From positions 704,001 to 768,000 of the forward strand of contig JAXHLW010000013.1 in the NCBI GenBank assembly GCA_034521815.1: DNA of 64,000 nucleotides, read 5' to 3'. Of the stretch, positions 27,979 to 37,298 are shown piece after piece. Positions within the stretch are counted from its first letter, which is position 1; the number at the start of each line of letters is the position of its first letter. The translations under genes were made by a program, and so were the position numbers. The DNA is from Trueperaceae bacterium (GTDB lineage: Bacteria; Deinococcota; Deinococci; Deinococcales; Trueperaceae). Under the pieces are notes generated by a model, which was not told the origin of the DNA, did not search any database, and saw nothing but the letters and a program-made list of their open reading frames with translations.

Positions 27979-28686
27979 TCACCTCCGCCACCAGGCCCGG
28001 ACCACGTCGCGGTACATCGCGGCACGCGCTCTCATGCCGCGCATCAGGCCCCGCTTCTCCTCCTTCATGACTTGGGCGACGCCGTCCAACGCCACGTCCT
28101 GGCAGCTCCACCCTTCGCGCGCCGCCGACCGGGTGAGCAGGATCTCGACGCCGAAACGGCTCTCGGCCAGGCCGGCGACGCTCCTGAGCCGGTCGCGCCG
28201 CAGCGCGCGCTGTCCAGCCAGCGCGGGCGCCAGCCGCTGAGCGGTGCTGGTCGACGCACGGGCACCGACGAACACGCCACGCGTCATGTCCACCAGGCCG
28301 TGCAGGACCGGGTCGGCCAGGGCCCGCACGTGCTCGGGCCGCAGACCGGTCAGGTCCGCGTCGAGCAGGATCAGGACGTCGGCCTCCAGCGCGTCCGCGC
28401 CTGCCGCGAACGCTCCGCCCTTTCCGACGTTCGACGGCAGCCTGAGCACCTCCGCGCCGGCCGCCTCCGCGACGTCGGCGGTCCCGTCGCTCGATCCGTC
28501 GTCCACGACGAGCACCGGTCCCCGTCCGGCCGCCCGTGCGGCCTGGATGACGGAGCCGATGCGGGCGGCCTCGTCGAGCGCGGGAATCAGCACCGCGCTC
28601 GCGACGCGGCTTCGCGTGGCAGCGTCGGTGCGTCGTGCATCGGCGCCCACCTCGGCGCCCACCTCGGCGCCCACCTCTGCGCTCAC
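27979..28686 (-). CDS. GT2 family glycosyltransferase
   Basis: Motifs VLIPALDE, VVDDGSSDGT, NVGKGGA, LLDADL, GQRA, FGVE. The N-terminus is encoded by a 12-bp repeat (AEVG x3); start uncertain. Confidence 0.82.
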   Translation of the reverse strand: MSAEVGAEVGAEVGADARRTDAATRSRVASAVLIPALDEAARIGSVIQAARAAGRGPVLVVDDGSSDGTADVAEAAGAEVLRLPSNVGKGGAFAAGADALEADVLILLDADLTGLRPEHVRALADPVLHGLVDMTRGVFVGARASTSTAQRLAPALAGQRALRRDRLRSVAGLAESRFGVEILLTRSAAREGWSCQDVALDGVAQVMKEEKRGLMRGMRARAAMYRDVVRAWWRR

Positions 28687-28694
28687 CTCGTCCC

Positions 28695-29786
28695 TCAGCC
28701 TGCCGCGACCACGCCCTGAAGCTCCTGCAGCGTGATCAGCACGATGAGGGTCAGCACAGCGAGAATCCCGATGAAGTGGAACGCCTCTTCCTGACCGGGC
28801 TTGAACGGTCGCCCCCGGATCGCCACCACCGTGGACAGGAACAGCCGCCCGCCGTCCAGCCCCGGGATGGGCAAGAGGTTGAACACCGCCAGCGAGAAGT
28901 TGATGATCGCCGCGAGGACCAGAACGGGCGCCACCCCGATCCTGGCCGCGTCCGAGACCAGGCCGACCATCCCGACCGGTCCCGCGACCTCCTCGCTGGA
29001 CCGACCGGTCAGAACGCTTCCGAACCCTCGCACGAAGCCGCTGACCATCTGCGGCACGGCCCGGACGGCGAACGCCGCCGACTCGCCGAAGGCCGTCCAC
29101 GGTGCGACGCTCTCGACCGAGGCGGGCGCGAGCTGGACGCCCAGAAGGGGACGCTCGTCGGGTGCGAGCCCCTCGGGAGGCCAGGCGAGCGACAGCCGTC
29201 GCTCGCTCCCGTCGCGCTGGACGACGAGCTCCAGGGTCCCTTCCGCCGTCCGAATCGCTTCGGCGGCCTCGTCCGGCCTGGGGTCGGCGACGCCTTGGAC
29301 CGACAGCAGCCGATCGCCGGCGACCAGGCCGGCCTGGGCAGCGACCGAGTCGTCGACCACCTGGGCGATCACCGTCCCCGACACGTCGGGCTCCGTGCCG
29401 GTGGTGAGCGCACGGTAGCCGGGCTGCAGCAGCACCGCGATCGTGAGCAACACCGTGCCCAGCACGAAGTTCGCGAGAACGCCACCGCTCAGGACCCACG
29501 CCTTCGCGGCCAGCCCCAGGGTCGCCATGCCCTCGGTCGGGTTCTGCAGGGTGCCGTTCTCGTCCGGCTCCGACGACATGCCCGGAAGATCGACGTACCC
29601 GCCCAGCGGGATCGCCGACAGGCGCCACTCCGTGCCCCTCCAACGGCGGCGCCACAGGACCGGGCCGAAGCCGATGCTGAACGCCCGCACCGGCAAGCCG
29701 ACGCTGCGCGCGTTGAGGTAGTGCGCGAGCTCGTGCACCATCACCGCGCTGAAGAGGATGAGGACGAACACCAGGCCGGTCGTCAT
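28695..29786 (-). CDS. rseP: RseP-family site-2 intramembrane zinc metalloprotease with PDZ domain
   Basis: Motifs HELAH, FSIGFGP, IPLGGYV, FNLLPIPGLDGG. Confidence 0.92.
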   Translation of the reverse strand: MTTGLVFVLILFSAVMVHELAHYLNARSVGLPVRAFSIGFGPVLWRRRWRGTEWRLSAIPLGGYVDLPGMSSEPDENGTLQNPTEGMATLGLAAKAWVLSGGVLANFVLGTVLLTIAVLLQPGYRALTTGTEPDVSGTVIAQVVDDSVAAQAGLVAGDRLLSVQGVADPRPDEAAEAIRTAEGTLELVVQRDGSERRLSLAWPPEGLAPDERPLLGVQLAPASVESVAPWTAFGESAAFAVRAVPQMVSGFVRGFGSVLTGRSSEEVAGPVGMVGLVSDAARIGVAPVLVLAAIINFSLAVFNLLPIPGLDGGRLFLSTVVAIRGRPFKPGQEEAFHFIGILAVLTLIVLITLQELQGVVAAG

Positions 29787-29921
29787 GCGGAACGCTCCAT
29801 GACGGCAGTATCCCAGCCCGGCGGCGGTTTTCCGGTCAGCCGCTTCACCATCGCGTCCAGGACCACCGCCGGCACCGGTTCGAGCGGAACCGGTTCGAGT
29901 GGACCGGTGCGCGGCGTCGAC

Positions 29922-31064
29922 TCAGCGAGCGACGTTCGTACGATCGTCGACCCAGGCACGCGTGACGCGTCGCGCCTCCGCGTCGGCCCTCTCGACCGCG
30001 TCCCAGCCCAGCGCTTCGGGCGCCACGGCGTCCAGCGCGGCGGCCAGCGCCTCGGTGATGGCGGGAAACGCGATCCGACCGTCCAGGAACGCCGCAACCG
30101 CCACTTCGTCGGCCGCGTTGAGCACCGCCGGCGCGGTGCCGCCCCGCCGTCCGGCCTCGAACGCCAGCGACAACGCGGGGAAGCGCTCGTGGTCGGGCGG
30201 CGCGAAGGTCCAGCTTCCGTTCAGCGGAAGCGGCGCGAGGGGCAACGCCGGCCGCGCCACGCCCTCGACGCCCCATGCGATCGGGAGCCGCATGTCGTGA
30301 GGGCCGATCTGGGCCTTCAGCGATCCGTCCCGGAACCGGATCAGCGCGTGCACCAGCGACTGAGGATGGACCACGACGTCGATGGCGTCCAAGGGCAGGT
30401 CGAACAGCGCGTGGGCCTCGAGCACCTCGAGGCCCTTGTTGAACAGCGTCGCCGAGTCGATCGTCACCTTCGGCCCCATCGACCAGGTCGGATGGTCCAG
30501 CGCCTGCTTCGGCGTTACGGAGGCGAGGTCGGCGGGCCCGTCGCGGAACGGTCCGCCCGAGGCGGTCAGGATCACCGTTTCGATCGCGTCGCGGCGCTCG
30601 CCGAGGAGCAGCTGAGCGATGCCGGCGTGCTCCGAGTCGACGGGCGTGATCCGCGCGTCCGATCTGCGCGCCTCCTCGCGGACCAGCGGCCCGGCGACGA
30701 CCATCGCTTCCTTCGTGGCCAGGGCGACGTGCCGGCCCGCCCGGACCGCGGCCCGCACCGGCGCGACGCCCGCCATGCCTGGAATGGCGGCCACGACCGT
30801 GTCGACCGGCCACGCGGCGGCGTCCGCCACCGCCTCGTCGCCCGAGGCGAGCCGGGTCCCCGCGGGCAGCCCGTCGCGCACGCGGTCCTCGACCCGGCGG
30901 TCGCATACGACCAGCTCGGGACGGAACTCGTGGGCCTGAGCGATGAGCAGGTCGGCGTTCCGGCCGGCGACGAGCGCCACGACGCGCCAGCCGCGCATGC
31001 GCGCGACGTCCAGCGTCTGCGTGCCGATCGAGCCGGTCGATCCGAGGACCGTCAAGGTTCGCAT
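29922..31064 (-). CDS. dxr: 1-deoxy-D-xylulose 5-phosphate reductoisomerase
   Basis: Motifs VLGSTGSIGTQTL, PVDSEH, LTASGGPFR, HPTWSMGPKVTIDSATLFNKGLE. Confidence 0.96.
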   Translation of the reverse strand: MRTLTVLGSTGSIGTQTLDVARMRGWRVVALVAGRNADLLIAQAHEFRPELVVCDRRVEDRVRDGLPAGTRLASGDEAVADAAAWPVDTVVAAIPGMAGVAPVRAAVRAGRHVALATKEAMVVAGPLVREEARRSDARITPVDSEHAGIAQLLLGERRDAIETVILTASGGPFRDGPADLASVTPKQALDHPTWSMGPKVTIDSATLFNKGLEVLEAHALFDLPLDAIDVVVHPQSLVHALIRFRDGSLKAQIGPHDMRLPIAWGVEGVARPALPLAPLPLNGSWTFAPPDHERFPALSLAFEAGRRGGTAPAVLNAADEVAVAAFLDGRIAFPAITEALAAALDAVAPEALGWDAVERADAEARRVTRAWVDDRTNVAR

Positions 31065-31106
31065 GCCCGCAGTTTCGCACGCGCTCGCGGGTGCTAGCAT
31101 CACGCC

Positions 31107-31736
31107 ATGCTGGTACGCGAATGGATGACGCCCCGTCCCGAGGTCGTGACGGAACGGACCCCGGTGATGGAGGCGATGGATCGGATGCGGCAGGGCGGGT
31201 ATCGCAGGCTTCCCGTCGTCGAGGAGGGGCGCCTGATCGGGATCGTGACCGATCGCGACCTCAAGGAGGCGACGCCCTCCTCGGCCACCACGCTGTCGGT
31301 CTACGAGCTGAACTTCCTGCTCGGTCGCATGAAGGTGGGCGAGGTGATGACGACCGACCTGAAGACGATCGACCAGGACGACACGATCGAGAACGCTGCG
31401 CTGACGATGGAGGAGGCCCGCGTGTCGGGCCTTCCGGTCGTCGGCCCGGACGGGCTGGTCGGGATCCTGACGATCACCGACCTGCTCCGGGCGCTGGTGG
31501 GGTTCCTGGGGCTGCGCGAGGGCGGCACCCGCGTCACGGTCGACGTGCCCGACGAGCCCGGCGTGCTGGCGCGGGTCGCGACGGCGGCGCCCCCGTCCAA
31601 CATCGTCGCCGCGGTGACCTCCGCGGTGGAGCCCGGCCGGACCCGTCGGATCGTGCTGCGGCTGGTCGGGCCCGAGGCGGCCTCGTTCCCGGAGCGACTG
31701 GCCGCCTCGGGTCTCACGGCGAGCGACGTGCGGTGA
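31107..31736 (+). CDS. CBS-pair plus ACT domain protein (AcuB-like)
   Basis: MLVREWMT, RLPVV..GRLIGIVTDRDL, a second CBS repeat, then C-terminal VDVPDEPGVLARV. Confidence 0.85.
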   Translation: MLVREWMTPRPEVVTERTPVMEAMDRMRQGGYRRLPVVEEGRLIGIVTDRDLKEATPSSATTLSVYELNFLLGRMKVGEVMTTDLKTIDQDDTIENAALTMEEARVSGLPVVGPDGLVGILTITDLLRALVGFLGLREGGTRVTVDVPDEPGVLARVATAAPPSNIVAAVTSAVEPGRTRRIVLRLVGPEAASFPERLAASGLTASDVR

Positions 31737-32443
31737 GCCAGCGTCCGAACGAGACCGCTGCACGTCTCGCCGACGCGGCCGCCGGCGGCCGCGTGGCGCA
31801 CTCGGGCTTCATGGACGAGGCGGACGCGGCCGCCTGCCTGGCCCGGCTGCGCTCGTTGGGCGTCGCGGCCAGCGCCACCGGCGGGGTTCCGGCGGCCGCT
31901 CGGCGGGTCGTGACCGCCCGACCGGAGCACGTGCCGGCCGCCAGCCGGGCCCTGGCGGCGCTGTACCTGCCCGGCGTGCACGATCCGGACGAGGCGCGTG
32001 CCGCGCTTCACGCCGCCGGGGTGGCTGCCGACCGACTCGGGGACGTCGTGAGCCATGCGGACGGCGTCAGCGTGATCGTCGGCGACGATCTCGCCGCGTC
32101 GTTCGGAGATCCGGTGCGCGTGCGCGGACGACCGACGGAGGTCGAGGCGGTTCCGCTGGGCCACGTCGCGAGGGGCTCGTCGAAGACCGTGAGCCTGGTG
32201 GTGCCCTCGCTCCGCGCCGACGTGCTGGGCGCGAAGGCGTTCGGCGCCTCGCGGTCGTGGTTCGCCAAAGGCGTCGCCGGCGGCAAGGTTCGCGTCGACG
32301 GCGAGACGGCGGGCAAGTCCGCCGTACTGGAGCCGGGCTCCGAGCTGTGGGCCGAAGGCTTGGGGCGCGCACGCCTGCTCGCCGTCGAGGGCGAGACGAA
32401 GCGGGGCAACGTCAAGGTCCGGGTCGAGGTCGAGAAGCCGTGA
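31733..32443 (+). CDS. YlmH-like S4-domain RNA-binding protein
   Basis: SGFMD, GG...A.RRV, RLGDV, and S4-like VPSLRADVLGAKAFGASRS...GKVRVDG...GLGR....GETKRG. Confidence 0.75.
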   Translation: MSQRPNETAARLADAAAGGRVAHSGFMDEADAAACLARLRSLGVAASATGGVPAAARRVVTARPEHVPAASRALAALYLPGVHDPDEARAALHAAGVAADRLGDVVSHADGVSVIVGDDLAASFGDPVRVRGRPTEVEAVPLGHVARGSSKTVSLVVPSLRADVLGAKAFGASRSWFAKGVAGGKVRVDGETAGKSAVLEPGSELWAEGLGRARLLAVEGETKRGNVKVRVEVEKP

Positions 32444-32458
32444 CGACGTCCGACCCGT

Positions 32459-33775
32459 CTACAGCCGGACGCGCTTGCCGTCGCCGCTGCGGCTCTTGAA
32501 GATCATGCGGAACGGCACCTCGGCGAAGCCGAGGTCTTCGCGGATCCGGTTCCGCAGGTACGACTCGTACGACCGCGTGATGAACGTCTCGGAGTTCACG
32601 CTGAACACGAACGTCGGTGGCGCCACGTCGGCTTGCGTCGCGTAGAGCAGCTTGAGCGGCCGGCCCTTGAAGTTCGGTGGCGCCTGACGCTGCGTCCAGA
32701 CCTCGATCCAGCCGTTCAGCTCGCCGGTCGCGACACGGCGGCGTGCGGTGTCGTGGACGCGCACCACGGTCGCGAGGAGCTCGTGCAGGCCGAACTCGGT
32801 GAGGGCGCTGACGAACACCCGCGGCGCGAACGCGAGGTGAGAAAGCTCCTGGCGGATGTGCGCGCGGAACGCGACGAGCTGCTCGTCGCTGACCAGGTCC
32901 CACTTGTTGATCGCCAGGACGACCGGCTTGCCCGCCTCCAGCGCGTAGTTCGCGATGCGCATCTCGTGATCGCCAAGCTCGAACGGGTCGACGACCAGGA
33001 TCGCGACCTCGGCACGCCGCATCGCGGTCTCGGCGCGAAGCTTGGAGTAGTACTCGACGTCCTCGGTGGGCTTGCGCCGGATCCCGGCCGTGTCCACCAG
33101 CACGAACGGTCGTCCTCCGAAGTCGAACCGGACGTCGATCGAATCGCGGGTGGTGCCGGCCACGTCCGAGACGATGACCCGCTCGTCGCCGATCAGGGCG
33201 TTGAGCAGCGACGACTTGCCGGCGTTCGGCCGGCCGACGATCGCGACCGTGATCGGCTCCTCGCCCGCGACGTCGTCGTCCTCGCCCAGCTGCGCCTCGA
33301 CCGCCGTCTCGAGCTCCGGCACGCCGCGGGCGTGCGCGGCCGAGGTCACGATCGGCTCGCCGAAGCCCAAGGCGTACGCCTCGAACAGCTCGGGACGCTC
33401 CTCGTGCCGCGGATCGTCGATCTTCGTCGCCACGAGCAGCACCGGACGCCCCTGCCGCCGCAGCCAGTCCGCGATCTCGTGGTCCGCTCCCGTCGGCGCC
33501 ACTCGGCCGTCGACGCAGAACAGCACCAGGTCGACCCCCACGAGGGCCGTCTCGATCCGGTCCCGGATCGGGGTTTCCCACTCGTCGCCCGACCACAGGC
33601 CGCCGGTGTCCAGCAAGGTGAAGGTTCGACCCGAGTCGGTCTCGACGACCCCCTCCTTGACGTCGCGCGTGATGCCGGGCTGATCGGCCACGATCGCCTC
33701 CCGGCGGCCGATCAGACGGTTGAACAGACTGGACTTGCCGACGTTCGGCCGTCCCACGATCGCGACGTTACGCAA
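32459..33775 (-). CDS. der: Ribosome biogenesis GTPase Der (EngA)
   Basis: Two G domains: GRPNVGKSSLFN and GRPNAGKSSLLN, with DTGG and DTAG. Confidence 0.97.
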   Translation of the reverse strand: MRNVAIVGRPNVGKSSLFNRLIGRREAIVADQPGITRDVKEGVVETDSGRTFTLLDTGGLWSGDEWETPIRDRIETALVGVDLVLFCVDGRVAPTGADHEIADWLRRQGRPVLLVATKIDDPRHEERPELFEAYALGFGEPIVTSAAHARGVPELETAVEAQLGEDDDVAGEEPITVAIVGRPNAGKSSLLNALIGDERVIVSDVAGTTRDSIDVRFDFGGRPFVLVDTAGIRRKPTEDVEYYSKLRAETAMRRAEVAILVVDPFELGDHEMRIANYALEAGKPVVLAINKWDLVSDEQLVAFRAHIRQELSHLAFAPRVFVSALTEFGLHELLATVVRVHDTARRRVATGELNGWIEVWTQRQAPPNFKGRPLKLLYATQADVAPPTFVFSVNSETFITRSYESYLRNRIREDLGFAEVPFRMIFKSRSGDGKRVRL

Positions 33776-34712
33776 GACGCTCGCCCTCCTCCAGGTGCGC
33801 TCCTCGCGCCCAATCGGCGGCCGGCATCGACGCTCGGCCCGCCGGCGTGACGGTGCGCAGCCGCACGGCGCCGGCGCCGCACGCGACCGCGACGCCGTCC
33901 GCGTCCACGCTCAGAACGTCCCCCGCGCTGGCCTGCCGTCCCTCGGAGGCGGCCAGCTCCATCAGATCGACACGGACCTGCCGATCGTGGTGACGAAAGC
34001 GCGTGCCGGGCCAGGCACGCACGCCGCGCCAACGGTTGACGACGTCGGCCGCATCGTCCTGCCAACGCACGTCGCCGTCGTCCTTCGTGAGCAGCGGCGC
34101 GTACGTGGCGTTCGCGTCGTCCTGCGGCGTGCGCGGGAGACGGCCCTCGGCCAGCATCGAAAGCGCCTCCGAGATCGCTCGCGCCGCGAGGCGGGACAGC
34201 CTCTCCGAGAGCTCGGGCGCCGTCTCGGACGGCTCGATGGCGGTCCGGAGCACGTGCCGCACCGGGCCGGTATCCATGCCCGCTTCGGTCTCCATCACGG
34301 TGATGCCGGTCTCGTGGTGACCGAGGATCAGCGCCCACTGGATCGGCGCGGCGCCGCGCAGCTGCGGGAGAAGACTGGCGTGCGCGTTCAGGAACCCGTG
34401 GCCTGGAATCGACAGCAGCGACGCCGGCAAGATCTGTCCGTAGGCGGCCGTGACCGCGACGTCCGGACGGGCGGCCCTGAGCCGGTCCGCGAACTCGCCG
34501 TCGCGCCGGACGCGGGCGGGCTGGTCCAGCGGAAGACCCGCCAGACGCGCCTCGGACGCGACCGGCGGTACGCGGACACGCATCCCGCGACCCGCCGGGG
34601 CGTCCGGCTGCGTGACGACCAGGACCACCTCGTGCTCGGCCTGCAGGCGCTGGAGCACCGGAACCGCGAAGGCGGGAGAGCCGAAGAACGCGACACGCAG
34701 CGGCTGGCTCAC
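33768..34712 (-). CDS. fmt: Methionyl-tRNA formyltransferase
   Basis: Motifs FFGSPAFA, VVTQPD.PAGRG, NAHASLLP.LRGAAPIQ, GMDTG. Confidence 0.95.
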   Translation of the reverse strand: MSQPLRVAFFGSPAFAVPVLQRLQAEHEVVLVVTQPDAPAGRGMRVRVPPVASEARLAGLPLDQPARVRRDGEFADRLRAARPDVAVTAAYGQILPASLLSIPGHGFLNAHASLLPQLRGAAPIQWALILGHHETGITVMETEAGMDTGPVRHVLRTAIEPSETAPELSERLSRLAARAISEALSMLAEGRLPRTPQDDANATYAPLLTKDDGDVRWQDDAADVVNRWRGVRAWPGTRFRHHDRQVRVDLMELAASEGRQASAGDVLSVDADGVAVACGAGAVRLRTVTPAGRASMPAADWARGAHLEEGERLA

Positions 34713-35416
34713 CGCCGAGCCGTATCCGCCGGGGCGCGGTCGGGGGCGCGCAGCTCTCGGAGGAACGCCTTGGCGCGACGCTGGAGCTCGGCGAGCTCGG
34801 TCCGGTGGTCCTCGAGGAACGCCCGCCGCGTGTCGGCCGGGAGCCGATCGAAGTAGAAGATCCCGTCGAGGTGGTCGAGCTCGTGTTGCACGACGTGCGC
34901 GAAGTGCCCCGAGACGTCCCGCTCGTGCCAGGCACCGGCGAGGTCCTGGAAACGAACGCGAACCGCGGCGTCGCGCTCCATCTCCTCGACCCACACGCCG
35001 GGAACGCTGAGGCAGCCGTCGGGAGCGATCTGCACGCCGCGCCGCTCCACGATCGCCGGGTTCACCATGACGTGCAGCGCCAGAACCTCCGGACCGTCGT
35101 CGTCCGAATCGTCGTCAGCGTCGGCGTCGTCGTCGGCGTCGTCGTCGGCGTCGCGTTCGCCACCAACGATTTCGTCCCCGGCGGATTCGTCCCCGGCCAA
35201 GCGGCTCTCGCCTGGGGAGGGCGGCGCCAGCTCGGCCGCGACGAAGATCCGCTTCGAGACGCCGATCTGCGGACCGGCCAGGCCGACACCGTTCGCGTCG
35301 TGCATGGTCTCGATCATCTCGTCGGCCAGGCGTGCGAGGTCGTCGTCGAAGCGATCGACGGGAGCGGCGCTTCGACGCAGCACCGGATCGCCGTACAAGC
35401 GGATGGGATGGATCAC
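34709..35416 (-). CDS. def: Peptide deformylase with an acidic low-complexity insertion
   Basis: Motifs YGDPVLR, GVGLAGPQIG, DGCLSVPG, QHELDHLDG. SD GGAGG precedes GTG 35416. Confidence 0.93.
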   Translation of the reverse strand: MIHPIRLYGDPVLRRSAAPVDRFDDDLARLADEMIETMHDANGVGLAGPQIGVSKRIFVAAELAPPSPGESRLAGDESAGDEIVGGERDADDDADDDADADDDSDDDGPEVLALHVMVNPAIVERRGVQIAPDGCLSVPGVWVEEMERDAAVRVRFQDLAGAWHERDVSGHFAHVVQHELDHLDGIFYFDRLPADTRRAFLEDHRTELAELQRRAKAFLRELRAPDRAPADTARR

Positions 35417-35440
35417 GTCAGGTCCTCCAGCGCGCACGTG

Positions 35441-36388
35441 CTACCGGGCACCGTCCTCGACCTCGCTCTGGGCCGATACGATTCGGACGGTGACCACGAC
35501 GTCGTCCTCGCGCGAGACGTCTGCGGGCAGCTCGAGCCGCGCCGGAAGATCATAGCGCCCCGGTGGAAGAGAGGAAGTCGCGTCGGGGACGGATCCTTGG
35601 ACCACGGGCAGATCGGCCAGAACGCTCGCGGGGCCCAGCAGGCCGATCTGGGTCGGCGTCACGGCCTCGATGGTCACCGAGGAGCCGCCCGTCGACGCGA
35701 TGGCGACCGGACGAACGACCCGAACGCGGCGAGGCTCGGCGTCGAACGCCACGCGCGCGGCCCCTGGAACCACGCGGGCCTCGGGCACGGGACGCCCCTG
35801 AGCGTCCACCGCCACGAGCTCCGCGAGCACCGACGATCCGTCGCCGGGACGGGCCGGGGCGAGAACCGAGGCGACCTGACCGAGGATCGGATCGCGCGCC
35901 TCGACCACGGCGGTCGGAGGGTCGATGCGCACCGAGGTCGCGACGCGCTCGCCTCCCAGCGGCGCGATCAACGGCACGATCTCGAAGGTGGCGCTCCTGA
36001 CGGCCTCGACCCGACCGAGCACCTCGGCCGGAACGACCCGGATCAGGCGCAGAGCGTTGGGAACGCGCGCCTCGACGTCGCGTGCGAACTCGCCGCCGAC
36101 GCCGGTCAGATCGATCGAGGCGTCGACGTCGTCGGCCCGCAGCCGGTCCATCCGATCGGCCGGACCGCTGATCACGACCTCGACGCGCGGCGGAACGCCG
36201 ACGGGTACCTCGTCCGCCTGCGCGCCGACGACCTCGAGGGGAACGAGCAGGCTGCGCTGCGCCGTCGTCCCGGCATCGCTGGACGCCACCCACCACAGCA
36301 CCAGGGCCGCGGCGACGGCACCGACCTTGCCCGGCCAGTTCCGGCGTAGCGATCTCCAAGCCAGCGCCCACCGCACGCCCGGCCTCAC
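35441..36388 (-). CDS. cdaR: CdaR/YbbR-family regulator of diadenylate cyclase
   Basis: N-terminal TM (RNWPGKVGAVAAALVLWWVA) followed by beta-rich YbbR-like repeats; GTGA overlap with cdaA. Confidence 0.8.
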   Translation of the reverse strand: MRPGVRWALAWRSLRRNWPGKVGAVAAALVLWWVASSDAGTTAQRSLLVPLEVVGAQADEVPVGVPPRVEVVISGPADRMDRLRADDVDASIDLTGVGGEFARDVEARVPNALRLIRVVPAEVLGRVEAVRSATFEIVPLIAPLGGERVATSVRIDPPTAVVEARDPILGQVASVLAPARPGDGSSVLAELVAVDAQGRPVPEARVVPGAARVAFDAEPRRVRVVRPVAIASTGGSSVTIEAVTPTQIGLLGPASVLADLPVVQGSVPDATSSLPPGRYDLPARLELPADVSREDDVVVTVRIVSAQSEVEDGAR

Positions 36389-37134
36389 GTGGTGGGCTCC
36401 ACGTACGCCTCCCGCAGGGCCTTGACCAGGTCGGAGGGCGCGACGTCGGTCGACAGTCGTCCCTCGCGCGCCAAGGAGACCGTGCCTCGTTCCTCGCTGA
36501 CGACCACGACCAGCGCGTCGCTGGTCTCGGCCAGTCCCAGGGCCGCACGGTGGCGCGTGCCCAGCTCCGACGCCCAGCCCTCCTGCTGCTCCGAAAGCGG
36601 GAAGATCGCGCCCGCCCAGGTGATCTGGTCGCCGCGGACGATCACGCCCCCGTCGTGCAACGGCCCGCGCGAGTCGAACAGCGTCTCGAGCAGCTCGGAC
36701 CGGACCGGCGTGTCGAGAAGCGTTCCCTGCTGGCCGAAGTCGCCCAGCGGCGTGCCCCGCTCGATCGCGATCAGCGCTCCGACCCGCCGGGCGGCCAGCT
36801 CGCGCACCGCGGACATGATCTCCTTGACGGGATCGCCCGTGACCGCGCGTTGGGTACGGCCCCTGCCGACCCGCTCGAGCGCCGCCCTGAGCTCCGGCTG
36901 GAACACGATCACCAAGGCCAGGATCCCGACCGGCGCGAGGCTCTCGAACACCCACTTCGTGCCGCGCAGGCCGACCGCGCTGGCGAAGACCCACAGCACC
37001 GCCAACGCCGCGAGACCGCGCAGGACGTTCCATGCGCGCGAGCCGAGCAGCAGCAGGTAGCCCTGGTAGAGGAGGACCGCGAGAACCGCGACGTCCACGG
37101 CGTCCAGAAGGCCGAAGCGGTCCAGGATCGTCAC
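36385..37134 (-). CDS. cdaA: Diadenylate cyclase CdaA
   Basis: Three TM helices, then IVFQPELRAALE, GALIAIER, PLHDGGV, LGTRHRAALG. SD GGGAGG. Confidence 0.93.
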   Translation of the reverse strand: MTILDRFGLLDAVDVAVLAVLLYQGYLLLLGSRAWNVLRGLAALAVLWVFASAVGLRGTKWVFESLAPVGILALVIVFQPELRAALERVGRGRTQRAVTGDPVKEIMSAVRELAARRVGALIAIERGTPLGDFGQQGTLLDTPVRSELLETLFDSRGPLHDGGVIVRGDQITWAGAIFPLSEQQEGWASELGTRHRAALGLAETSDALVVVVSEERGTVSLAREGRLSTDVAPSDLVKALREAYVEPTT

Positions 37135-37298
37135 GCAGCCTCCCTCGCTGGCGTATGGGAAATCGGAGTCGTCCACGGGTTCGACGGATCTGGGCCCGAC
37201 GGATCCGGACCCGGACGGTAGGATACCATTGCGCACCGACACCACCGCGCCCGACGGGCGCGCGCTCGCGGGCCCACCGTCCGCCTGGGAGGAACAGC

